This document shows, one piece after another, positions 42,301 to 54,578 of a DNA stretch of 64,000 nt (the stretch's first letter is position 1; every line of letters starts with the position of its first letter). The notes beneath the pieces are model-generated. The model ran no database searches. It was given only the letters and a program-made list of their open reading frames with translations, and was not told the DNA's origin. This DNA comes from Eledone cirrhosa. Taxonomy: Eukaryota. The position numbers were made by a program, and so were the translations under genes. The stretch spans positions 35,216,001 through 35,280,000 of the forward strand of contig OZ024758.1 of assembly GCA_964016885.1 (NCBI GenBank), in the 5' to 3' direction.

Positions 42301-42589
42301 ATTTAAGTTCATGGTACTAGCCGTCAGAAGTAACTCCACTGTTGGTGAGAATTCAGTTAAGTTCATGGTATTAGTTGTCAGAAGTAACTCCACTGTTGGT
42401 GAGAATTCATTTAAATCATGGTATTAGTTGTCAGAAGTAACTCCACTGTTGGTGAGAATTCATTTAAGTTCATGGTATTAGCTGTCAGAAGTAACTCCAC
42501 TGTTGGTGAGAATTGATTTAAGTTCATGGTACTAGCTGTCAGAAGTAACTCCACTGTTGGTGAGAATTCATTTAAGTTCATGGTATTAG
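36405..42589. repeat. Apparently exact tandem duplication of a 3066-bp (57-monomer) unit
   Basis: ORF pairs 36715/39781, 36984/40050, 37955/41021, 38224/41290, 39029/42095 and 39345/42411; fully contained pairs have identical translations. Shared rare variants TATGTTC, GAGATTTC, AACTTCAC and GTGAAAATT. First mismatches found at 36404/39470 and 39524/42590. Confidence 0.93.
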
Positions 42590-43181
42590 CTGTCAGAAGT
42601 AACTCCACTGTTGGTGAGAATTGATTTAAGTTCATGGTACTAGCTGTCAGAAGTAACTCCACTGTTGGTGAGAATTCATTTAAGTTCATGGTACTAGCTG
42701 TCAGAAGTAACTCCACTGTTGGTGAGAATTCAGTTAAGTTCATGGTATTAGTTGTCAGAAGTAACTCCACTGTTGGTGAGAATTCATTTAAATCATGGTA
42801 TTAGTTGTCAGAAGTAACTCCAATGTTGGTGAGAATTCATTTAATTTCATGGTACTAGCTGTCAGAAGTAACTCCACTGTTGGTGAGAAATCATTTAAAT
42901 CATGGTATTAGTTGTCAGAAGTAACTCCAATGTTGGTGAGAATTCATTTAAGTTCATGGTACTAGCTGTCAGAAGTAACTCCACTGTTGGTGAGAATTCA
43001 TTTAAGTTCATGGTATTAGCTGTCAGAAGTAACTCCACTGTTGGTGAGAATTCATTTAAGTCATGGTATTAGTTGTCAGAAGTAACTCCAATGTTGGTGA
43101 GAATTCATTTAAGTTCATGGTACTAGCTGTCAGAAGTAACTCCACTGTTGGTGAGAATTCATTTAAGTTCATGGTATTAGC

Positions 43182-46100
43182 TGTCAGAAGTAACTCCACT
43201 GTTGGTGAGAATTCATTTAAGTCATGGTATTAGCTGTCAGAAGTAACTCCAATGTTGGTGAGAATTCATTTAAGTCTTGGTACTAGCTGTCAGAAGTAAC
43301 TCCAATGTTGGTGAGAATTCAGTTAAGTTCATGGTATTAGCTGTCAGAAGGAACTCCACTGTTGGTGAGAATTCATTTAAGTTCATGGTATTAGCTGTCA
43401 GAAGTAACTCCACTGTTGGTGAGAATTCATTTAAGTTCATGGTACTAGCTGTCAGAAGTAACTCCACTGTTGGTGAGAATTCATTTAAGTTCATGGTACT
43501 AGCCGTCAGAAGTAACTCCACTGTTGGTGAGAATTCAGTTAAGTTCATGGTATTAGTTGTCAGAAGTAACTCCACTGTTGGTGAGAATTCATTTAAATCA
43601 TGGTATTAGTTGTCAGAAGTAACTCCAATGTTGGTGAGAATTCATTTAAGTTCATGGTACTAGCTGTCAGAAGTAACTCCACTGTTGGTGAGAATTCATT
43701 TAAGTTCATGGTATTAGCTGTCAGAAGTAACTCCACTGTTGGTGAGAATTCATTTAAGTCATGGTATTAGCTGTCAGAAGTAACTCCATTGTTGGTGAGA
43801 ATTCATTTAAGTCATGGTACTAGCTGTCAGAAGTAACTCCACTGTTGGTGAGAATTCATTTAAGTTCATGGTATTAGCTGTCAGAAGGAACTCCACTGTT
43901 GGTAAGAATTCATTTAAGTTCATGGTATTAGCTGTCAGAAGTAACTCCACTGTTGGTGAGAATTCATTTAAGTTCATGGTACTAGCTGTCAGAAGTAACT
44001 CCACTGTTGGTGAGAATTCATTTAAGTTCATGGTACTAGCTGTCAGAAGTAACCCCAATGTTGGTGAGAATTCATTTAAGTTCATGGTATTAGCTGTCAG
44101 AAGTCACTCCAATGTTGGTGAGAATTCATTTAAGTTCATGGTATTAGCTGTGAGAAGTCACTCCACTGTTGGTGAGAATTCATTTAAGTTCATGGTATTA
44201 GCTGTCAGAAGTACCTCCACTGTTGGTGAGAATTCATTTAAGTTCATGGTATTAGCTGTCAGAAGTAACTCCACTGTTGGTGAGAATTCATTTAAGTTCA
44301 TGGTATTAGCTGTCAGAAGGAACTCCAATGTTGGTGAGAATTCATTTAAGTCATGGTACTAGCTGTCAGAAGTAACTCCACTGTTGGTGAGAATTCATTT
44401 AAGTTCATGGTATTAGCTGTCAGAAGGAACGCCACTGTTGGTGAGAATTCATTTAAGTTCATGGTATTAGCTGTCAGAAGTAACTCCACTGTTGGTGAGA
44501 ATTCATTTAAGTTCATGGTACTAGCTGTCAGAAGTAACTCCAATGTTGGTGAGAATTCATTTAAGTTCATGGTATTAGCTGTCAGAAGGAACTCCACTGT
44601 TGATGAGAATTCATTTAAGTTCATGGTATTAGCTGTCAGAAGTAACTCCACTGTTGGTGAGAATTCATTTAAGTTCATGGTACTAGTTGTCAGAAGTAAC
44701 TCCACTGTTGGTGAGAATTCATTTAAGTTCATGGTATTAGTTGTCAGAAGTAACTCCACTGTTGGTGAGAATTCATTTAAGTCATGGTATTAGCTGTCAG
44801 AAGTAACTCCAATGTTGGTGAGAATTCATTTAAGTCTTGGTACTAGCTGTCAGAAGTAACTCCAATGTTGGTGAGAATTCAGTTAAGTTCATGGTATTTG
44901 CTGTCAGAAGGAACTCCACTGTTGGTGAGAATTCATTTAAGTTCATGGTATTAGCTGTCAGAAGTAACTCCACTGTTGGTGAGAATTCATTTAAGTTCAT
45001 GGTACTAGCTGTCAGAAGTAACTCCACTGTTGGTGAGAATTCATTTAAGTTCATGGTACTAGCCGTCAGAAGTAACTCCACTGTTGGTGAGAATTCAGTT
45101 AAGTTCATGGTATTAGTTGTCAGAAGTAACTCCACTGTTGGTGAGAATTCATTTAAATCATGGTATTAGTTGTCAGAAGTAACTCCAATGTTGGTGAGAA
45201 TTCATTTAAGTTCATGGTACTAGCTGTCAGAAGTAACTCCACTGTTGGTGAGAATTCATTTAAGTTCATGGTATTAGCTGTCAGAAGTAACTCCACTGTT
45301 GGTGAGAATTCATTTAAGTCATGGTATTAGCTGTCAGAAGTAACTCCATTGTTGGTGAGAATTCATTTAAGTCATGGTACTATCTGTCAGAAGTAACTCC
45401 ACTGTTGGTGAGAATTCATTTAAGTTCATGGTATTAGCTGTCAGAAGGAACTCCACTGTTGGTAAGAATTCATTTAAGTTCATGGTATTAGCTGTCAGAA
45501 GTAACTCCACTGTTGGTGAGAATTCATTTAAGTTCATGGTACTAGCTGTCAGAAGTAACTCCACTGTTGGTGAGAATTCATTTAAGTTCATGGTACTAGC
45601 TGTCAGAAGTAACCCCAATGTTGGTGAGAATTCATTTAAGTTCATGGTATTAGCTGTCAGAAGTCACTCCAATGTTGGTGAGAATTCATTTAAGTTCATG
45701 GTATTAGCTGTGAGAAGTCACTCCACTGTTGGTGAGAATTCATTTAAGTTCATGGTATTAGCTGTCAGAAGTACCTCCACTGTTGGTGAGAATTCATTTA
45801 AGTTCATGGTATTAGCTGTCAGAAGTAACTCCACTGTTGGTGAGAATTCATTTAAGTTCATGGTATTAGCTGTCAGAAGGAACTCCAATGTTGGTGAGAA
45901 TTCATTTAAGTCATGGTACTAGCTGTCAGAAGTAACTCCACTGTTGGTGAGAATTCATTTAAGTTCATGGTATTAGCTGTCAGAAGGAACGCCACTGTTG
46001 GTGAGAATTCATTTAAGTTCATGGTATTAGCTGTCAGAAGTAACTCCACTGTTGGTGAGAATTCATTTAAGTTCATGGTACTAGCTGTCAGAAGTAACTC

Positions 46101-46230
46101 CAATGTTGGTGAGAATTCATTTAAGTTCATGGTATTAGCTGTCAGAAGGAACTCCACTGTTGGTGAGAATTCATTTAAGTTCATGGTATTAGCTGTCAGA
46201 AGTAACTCCACTGTTGGTGAGAATTCATTT
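43182..46230. repeat. Tandem duplication of a 1560-bp (29-monomer) unit
   Basis: ORF pairs 43277/44837, 43814/45374 and 44353/45913 are offset by 1560. Confidence 0.9.
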
Positions 46231-49200
46231 AAGTTCATGGTATTAGTTGTCAGAAGTAACTCCACTGTTGGTGAGAATTCATTTAAGTCATGGTATTAGT
46301 TGTCAGAAGTAACTCCAATGTTGGTGAGAATTCATTTAAGTTCATGGTACTAGCTGTCAGAAGTAACTCCACTGTTGGTGAGAATTCATTTAAGTTCATT
46401 GTATTAGCTGTCAGAAGTAACTCCACTGTTGGTGAGAATTCATTTAAGTCATGGTATTAGCTGTCAGAAGTAACTCCATTGTTGGTGAGAATTCATTTAA
46501 GTCATGGTACTAGCTGTCAGAAGTAACTCCACTGTTGGTGAGAATTCATTTAAGTTCATGGTATTAGCTGTCAGAAGGAACTCCACTGTTGGTGAGAATT
46601 CATTTAAGTTCATGGTACTAGCTGTCAGAAGTAACTCCACTGTTGGTGAGAATTCATTTAAGTTCATGGTATTAGTTTGTCAGAAGTAACTCCACTGTTG
46701 GTGAGAATTCATTTAAGTCATGGTATTAGTTGTCAGAAGTAACTCCAATGTTGGTGAGAATTCATTTAAGTCATGGTACTAGCTGTCAGAAGTAACTCCA
46801 ATGTTGGTGAGAATTCATTTAACTTCATGGTATTAGCTGTCAGAAGGAACTCCACTGTTGGTGAGAATTCATTTAAGTTCATGGTATTAGCTGTCAGAAG
46901 TAACTCCACTGTTGGTGAGAATTCATTTAAGTTCATGGTATTAGCTGTCAGAAGTAACTCCACTGTTGGTGAGAATTCATTTAAGTTCATGGTACTAGCT
47001 GTCAGAAGTAACCCCAATGTTGGTGAGAATTCATTTAAGTTCATGGTATTAGCTGTCAGAAGTAACTCCACTGTTGGTGAGAATTCATTTAACTTCATGG
47101 TATTAGCTGTCAGAAGGAACTCCACTGTTGGTGAGAATTCATTTAAGTTCATGGTATTAGCTGTCAGAAGTAACTCCACTGTTGGTGAGAATTCATTTAA
47201 GTTCATGGTATTAGCTGTCAGAAGTAACTCCACTGTTGGTGAGAATTCATTTAAGTTCATGGTACTAGCTGTCAGAAGTAACCCCAATGTTGGTGAGAAT
47301 TCATTTAAGTTCATGGTACTAGCTGTCAGAAGTAACTCCACTGTTGGTGAGAATTCATTTAAGTTCATGGTACTAGCTGTCAGAAGTAACTCCACTGTTG
47401 GTGAGAATTCATTTAAGTTCATGGTACTAGCTGTCAGAAGTAACTCCACTGTTGGTGAGAATTCATTTAAGTTCATGGTACTAGCTGTCAGAAGTAACCC
47501 CAATGTTGGTGAGAATTCATTTAAGTTCATGGTATTAGCTGTCAGAAGTCACTCCAATGTTGGTGAGAATTCATTTAAGTTCATGGTATTAGCTGTGAGA
47601 AGTCACTCCACTGTTGGTGAGAATTCATTTAAGTTCATGGTATTAGCTGTCAGAAGTACCTCCACTGTTGGTGAGAATTCATTTAAGTTCATGGTATTAG
47701 CTGTCAGAAGTAACTCCACTGTTGGTGAGAATTCATTTAAGTTCATGGTATTAGCTGTCAGAAGGAACTCCAATGTTGGTGAGAATTCATTTAAGTCATG
47801 GTACTAGCTGTCAGAAGTAACTCCACTGTTGGTGAGAATTCATTTAAGTTCATGGTATTAGCTGTCAGAAGTAACTCCACTGTTGGTGAGAATTCATTTA
47901 AGTTCATGGTACTAGCTGTCAGAAGTAACTCCAATGTTGGTGAGAATTCATTTAAGTTCATGGTATTAGCTGTCAGAAGGAACTCCACTGTTGGTGAGAA
48001 TTCATTTAAGTTCATGGTATTAGCTGTCAGAAGTAACTCCACTGTTGGTGAGAATTCATTTAAGTTCATGGTACTAGTTGTCAGAAGTAACTCCACTGTT
48101 GGTGAGAATTCATTTAAGTTCATGTTACTAGCTGTCAGAAGTAACTCCACTGTTGGTGAGAATTCATTTAAGTTCATGGTATTAGTTTGTCAGAAGTAAC
48201 TCCACTGTTGGTGAGAATTCATTTAAGTTCATGGTACTAGCTGTCAGAAGTAACTCCAATGTTGGTGAGAATTCATTTAAGTTCATGGTATTAGCTGTCA
48301 GAAGTAACTCCACTGTTGGTGAGAATTCATTTAAGTTCATGGTACTAGCTGTCAGAAGTAACTCCAATGTTGGTGAGAATTCATTTAAGTTCATGGTATT
48401 AGCTGTCAGAAGTAACTCCACTGTTGGTGAGAATTCATTTAAGTCATGGTATTAGCTGTCAGAAGTAACTCCAATGTTGGTGAGAATTCATTTAAGTTCA
48501 TGGTATTAGCTGTCACAAGTAACTCCACTGTTGGTGAGAATTCATTTAAGTTCACGGTACTAGCTGTCAGAAGTAACTCCACTGTTGGTGAGAATTCATT
48601 TAAGTTCATGGTATTAGTTTGTCAGAAGTAACTCCACTGTTGGTGAGAATTCATTTAAGTCGTGGTATTAGTTGTCAGAAGTTTACTCCAATGTTGGTGA
48701 GAATTCATTTAAGTTCATGGTACTAGCTGTCAGAAGTAACTCCACTGTTGGTGAGAATTCATTTAAGTTCATGGTATTAGCTGTCAGAAGTAACTCCACT
48801 GTTGGTGAGAATTGATTTAAGTTCATGGTACTAGCTGTCAGAAGTAACTCCACTGTTGGTGAGAATTCATTTAAGTTCATGGTATTAGCTGTCAGAAGTA
48901 ACTCCACTGTTGGTGAGAATTGATTTAAGTTCATGGTACTAGCTGTCAGAAGTAACTCCACTGTTGGTGAGAATTCATTTAAGTTCATGGTACTAGCTGT
49001 CAGAAGTAACTCCACTGTTGGTGAGAATTCAGTTAAGTTCATGGTATTAGTTGTCAGAAGTAACTCCACTGTTGGTGAGAATTCATTTAAATCATGGTAT
49101 TAGTTGTCAGAAGTAACTCCAATGTTGGTGAGAATTCATTTAATTTCATGGTACTAGCTGTCAGAAGTAACTCCACTGTTGGTGAGAAATCATTTAAATC

Positions 49201-52200
49201 ATGGTATTAGTTGTCAGAAGTAACTCCAATGTTGGTGAGAATTCATTTAAGTTCATGGTACTAGCTGTCAGAAGTAACTCCACTGTTGGTGAGAATTCAT
49301 TTAAGTTCATGGTATTAGCTGTCAGAAGTAACTCCACTGTTGGTGAGAATTCATTTAAGTCATGGTATTAGTTGTCAGAAGTAACTCCAATGTTGGTGAG
49401 AATTCATTTAAGTTCATGGTACTAGCTGTCAGAAGTAACTCCACTGTTGGTGAGAATTCATTTAAGTTCATGGTATTAGCTGTCAGAAGTAACTCCACTG
49501 TTGGTGAGAATTCATTTAAGTCATGGTATTAGCTGTCAGAAGAAACTCCAATGTTGGTGAGAATTCATTTAAGTCTTGGTACTAGCTGTCAGAAGTAACT
49601 CCAATGTTGGTGAGAATTCAGTTAAGTTCATGGTATTAGCTGTCAGAAGGAACTCCACTGTTGGTGAGAATTCATTTAAGTTCATGGTACTAGCTGTCAG
49701 AAGTAACTCCACTGTTGGTGAGAATTCATTTAAGTTCATGGTACTAGCCGTCAGAAGTAACTCCACTGTTGGTGAGAATTCAGTTAAGTTCATGGTATTA
49801 GTTGTCAGAAGTAACTCCACTGTTGGTGAGAATTCATTTAAGTCATGGTATTAGCTGTCAGAAGTAACTCCATTGTTGGTGAGAATTCATTTAAGTCATG
49901 GTACTAGCTGTCAGAAGTAACTCCACTGTTGGTGAGAATTCATTTAAGTTCATGGTATTAGCTGTCAGAAGGAACTCCACTGTTGGTAAGAATTCATTTA
50001 AGTTCATGGTATTAGCTGTCAGAAGTAACTCCACTGTTGGTGAGAATTCATTTAAGTTCATGGTACTAGCTGTCAGAAGTAACTCCACTGTTGGTGAGAA
50101 TTCATTTAAGTTCATGGTACTAGCTGTCAGAAGTAACCCCAATGTTGGTGAGAATTCATTTAAGTTCATGGTATTAGCTGTCAGAAGTCACTCCAATGTT
50201 GGTGAGAATTCATTTAAGTTCATGGTATTAGCTGTGAGAAGTCACTCCACTGTTGGTGAGAATTCATTTAAGTTCATGGTATTAGCTGTCAGAAGTACCT
50301 CCACTGTTGGTGAGAATTCATTTAAGTTCATGGTATTAGCTGTCAGAAGTAACTCCACTGTTGGTGAGAATTCATTTAAGTTCATGGTATTAGCTGTCAG
50401 AAGGAACTCCAATGTTGGTGAGAATTCATTTAAGTCATGGTACTAGCTGTCAGAAGTAACTCCACTGTTGGTGAGAATTCATTTAAGTTCATGGTATTAG
50501 CTGTCAGAAGGAACGCCACTGTTGGTGAGAATTCATTTAAGTTCATGGTATTAGCTGTCAGAAGTAACTCCACTGTTGGTGAGAATTCATTTAAGTTCAT
50601 GGTACTAGCTGTCAGAAGTAACTCCAATGTTGGTGAGAATTCATTTAAGTTCATGGTATTAGCTGTCAGAAGGAACTCCACTGTTGGTGAGAATTCATTT
50701 AAGTTCATGGTATTAGCTGTCAGAAGTAACTCCACTGTTGGTGAGAATTCATTTAAGTTCATGGTACTAGTTGTCAGAAGTAACTCCACTGTTGGTGAGA
50801 ATTCATTTAAGTTCATGGTATTAGTTGTCAGAAGTAACTCCACTGTTGGTGAGAATTCATTTAAGTCATGGTATTAGTTGTCAGAAGTAACTCCAATGTT
50901 GGTGAGAATTCATTTAAGTTCATGGTACTAGCTGTCAGAAGTAACTCCACTGTTGGTGAGAATTCATTTAAGTTCATTGTATTAGCTGTCAGAAGTAACT
51001 CCACTGTTGGTGAGAATTCATTTAAGTCATGGTATTAGCTGTCAGAAGTAACTCCATTGTTGGTGAGAATTCATTTAAGTCATGGTACTAGCTGTCAGAA
51101 GTAACTCCACTGTTGGTGAGAATTCATTTAAGTTCATGGTATTAGCTGTCAGAAGGAACTCCACTGTTGGTGAGAATTCATTTAAGTTCATGGTACTAGC
51201 TGTCAGAAGTAACTCCACTGTTGGTGAGAATTCATTTAAGTTCATGGTATTAGTTTGTCAGAAGTAACTCCACTGTTGGTGAGAATTCATTTAAGTCATG
51301 GTATTAGTTGTCAGAAGTAACTCCAATGTTGGTGAGAATTCATTTAAGTCATGGTACTAGCTGTCAGAAGTAACTCCAATGTTGGTGAGAATTCATTTAA
51401 CTTCATGGTATTAGCTGTCAGAAGGAACTCCACTGTTGGTGAGAATTCATTTAAGTTCATGGTATTAGCTGTCAGAAGTAACTCCACTGTTGGTGAGAAT
51501 TCATTTAAGTTCATGGTATTAGCTGTCAGAAGTAACTCCACTGTTGGTGAGAATTCATTTAAGTTCATGGTACTAGCTGTCAGAAGTAACTCCACTGTTG
51601 GTGAGAATTCATTTAAGTTCATGGTTCTAGCTGTCAGAATTAACTCCACTGTTGGTGAGAATTCATTTAAGTTCATGGTACTAGCTGTCAGAAGTAACTC
51701 CAATGTTGGTAAGAATTCATTTAAGTTCATGATATTAGCTGTCAGAAGTAACTCCACTGTTGGTGAGAATTCATTTAAGTTCATGGTACTAGCTGTCAGA
51801 AGTAACTCCACTGTTGGTGAGAATTCATTTAAGTTTATGGTACTAGCTGTCAGAAGTAACCCCAATGTTGGTGAGAATTCATTTAAGTTCATGGTATTAG
51901 CTGTCAGAAGTCACTCCAATGTTGGTGAGAATTCATTTAAGTTCATGGTATTAGCTGTCAGAAGTCACTCCACTGTTGGTGAGAATTCATTTAAGTTCAT
52001 GGTACTAGCTGTCAGAAGTAACCCCAATGTTGCTGAGAATTCATTTAAGTTCATGGTATTAGCTGTCAGAAGTCACTCCAATGTTGGTGAGAATTCATTT
52101 AAGTTCATGGTATTAGCTGTCAGAAGTAACTCCACTGTTGGTGAGAATTCATTTAAGTTCATGGTATTAGCTGTCAGAAGTAACTCCACTGTTGGTGAGA

Positions 52201-54578
52201 ATTCATTTATGTTCATGGTATTAGCTGTCAGAAGTAACTCCACTGTTGGTGAGAATTCATTTAAGTTCATGGTATTACCTGTCAGAAGGAACTCCAATGT
52301 TGGTGAGAATTCATTTAAGTCATGGTACTAGCTGTCAGAAGTAACTCCACTGTTGGTGAGAATTCATTTAAGTTCATGGTATTAGCTGTCAGAAGGAACG
52401 CCACTGTTGGTGAGAATTCATTTAAGTTCATGGTATTAGCTGTCAGAAGTAACTCCACTGTTGGTGAGAATTCATTTAAGTTCATGGTACTAGCTGTCAG
52501 AAGTAACTCCAATGTTGGTGAGAATTCATTTAAGTTCATGGTATTAGCTGTCAGAAGGAACTCCACTGTTGGTGAGAATTCATTTAAGTCTTGGTATTAG
52601 TTGTCAGAAGTAACTCCAATGTTGGTGAGAATTCATTTAAGTTCATGGTACTAGCTGTCAGAAGTAACTCCACTGTTGGTGAGATTTCATTTAAGTTCAT
52701 GGTACTAGCTGTCAAAAGTAACTCCAATGTTGGTGAGAATTCATTTAAGTTCATGGTATTAGCTGTCAGAAGTAACTCCACTGTTGGTGAGAATTCATTT
52801 AAGTTCATGGTACTAGCTGTCAGAAGTATCTCCACTGTTGGTGAGAATTCAGTTAAGTTCATGGTATTAGTTGTCAGAAGTAACTCCACTGTTGGTGAGA
52901 ATTCATTTAAATCATGGTATTAGTTGTCAGAAGTAACTCCAATGTTGGTGAGAATTCATTTAATTTCATGGTACTAGCTGTCAGAAGTAACTCCACTGTT
53001 GGTGAGAAATCATTTAAGTCATGGTATTAGTTGTCAGAAGTAACTCCAATGTTGGTGAGAATTCATTTAAGTTCATGGTACTAGCTGTCAGAAGTAACTC
53101 CACTGTTGGTGAGAATTCATTTAAGTTCATGGTATTAGCTGTCAGAAGTAACTCCACTGTTGGTGAGAATTCATTTAAGTCATGGTATTAGTTGTCAGAA
53201 GTAACTCCAATGTTGGTGAGAATTCATTTAAGTTCATGGTACTAGCTGTCAGAAGTAACTCCACTGTTGGTGAGAATTCATTTAAGTTCATGGTATTAGC
53301 TGTCAGAAGTAACTCCACTGTTGGTGAGAATTCATTTAAGTCATGGTATTAGCTGTCAGAAGTAACTCCAATGTTGGTGAGAATTCATTTAAGTCTTGGT
53401 ACTAGCTGTCAGAAGTAACTCCAATGTTGGTGAGAATTCAGTTAAGTTCATGGTATTAGCTGTCAGAAGGAACTCCACTGTTGGTGAGAATTCATTTAAG
53501 TTCATGGTATTAGCTGTCAGAAGTAACTTCACTGTTGGTGAGAATTCATTTAAGTTCATGGTACTAGCTGTCAGAAGTAACTCCACTGTTGGTGAAAATT
53601 CATTTAAGTTCATGGTACTAGCCGTCAGAAGTAACTCCACTGTTGGTGAGAATTCAGTTAAGTTCATGGTATTAGTTGTCAGAAGTAACTCCACTGTTGG
53701 TGAGAATTCATTTAAATCATGGTATTAGTTGTCAGAAGTAACTCCAATGTTGGTGAGAATTCATTTAAGTTCATGGTACTAGCTGTCAGAAGTAACTCCA
53801 CTGTTGGTGAGAATTCATTTAAGTTCATGGTATTAGCTGTCAGAAGGAACTCCACTGTTGGTGGGAATTCATTTAAGTTCATGGTATTAGCTGTGAGAAG
53901 TCACTCCACTGTTGGTGAGAATTCATTTAAGTTCATGGTATTAGCTGTCAGAAGGAACTCCAATGTTGGTGAGAATTCATTTAAGTCATGGTACTAGCTG
54001 TCAGAAGTAACTCCACTGTTGGTGAGAATTCATTTAAGTTTATGGTATTAGCTGTCAGAAGGAACGCCACTGTTGGTGAGAATTCATTTAAGTTCATGGT
54101 ATTAGCTGTCAGAAGTAACTCCACTGTTGGTGAGAATTCATTTAAGTTCATGGTACTAGCTGTCAGAAGTAACTCCAATGTTGGTGAGAATTCATTTAAG
54201 TTCATGGTATTAGCTGTCAGAAGGAACTCCACTGTTGGTGAGAATTCATTTAAGTTCATGGTATTAGCTGTCAGAAGTAACTCCACTGTTGGTGAGAATT
54301 CATTTAAGTTCATGGTACTAGTTGTCAGAAGTAACTCCACTGTTGGTGAGAATTCATTTAAGTTCATGGTATTAGTTGTCAGAAGTAACTCCACTGTTGG
54401 TGAGAATTCATTTAAGTCATGGTATTAGTTGTCAGAAGTAACTCCAATGTTGGTGAGAATTCATTTAAGTTCATGGTACTAGCTGTCAGAAGTAACTCCA
54501 CTGTTGGTGAGAATTCATTTAAGTCATGGTATTAGCTGTCAGAAGTAACTCCATTGTTGGTGAGAATTCATTTAAGTC

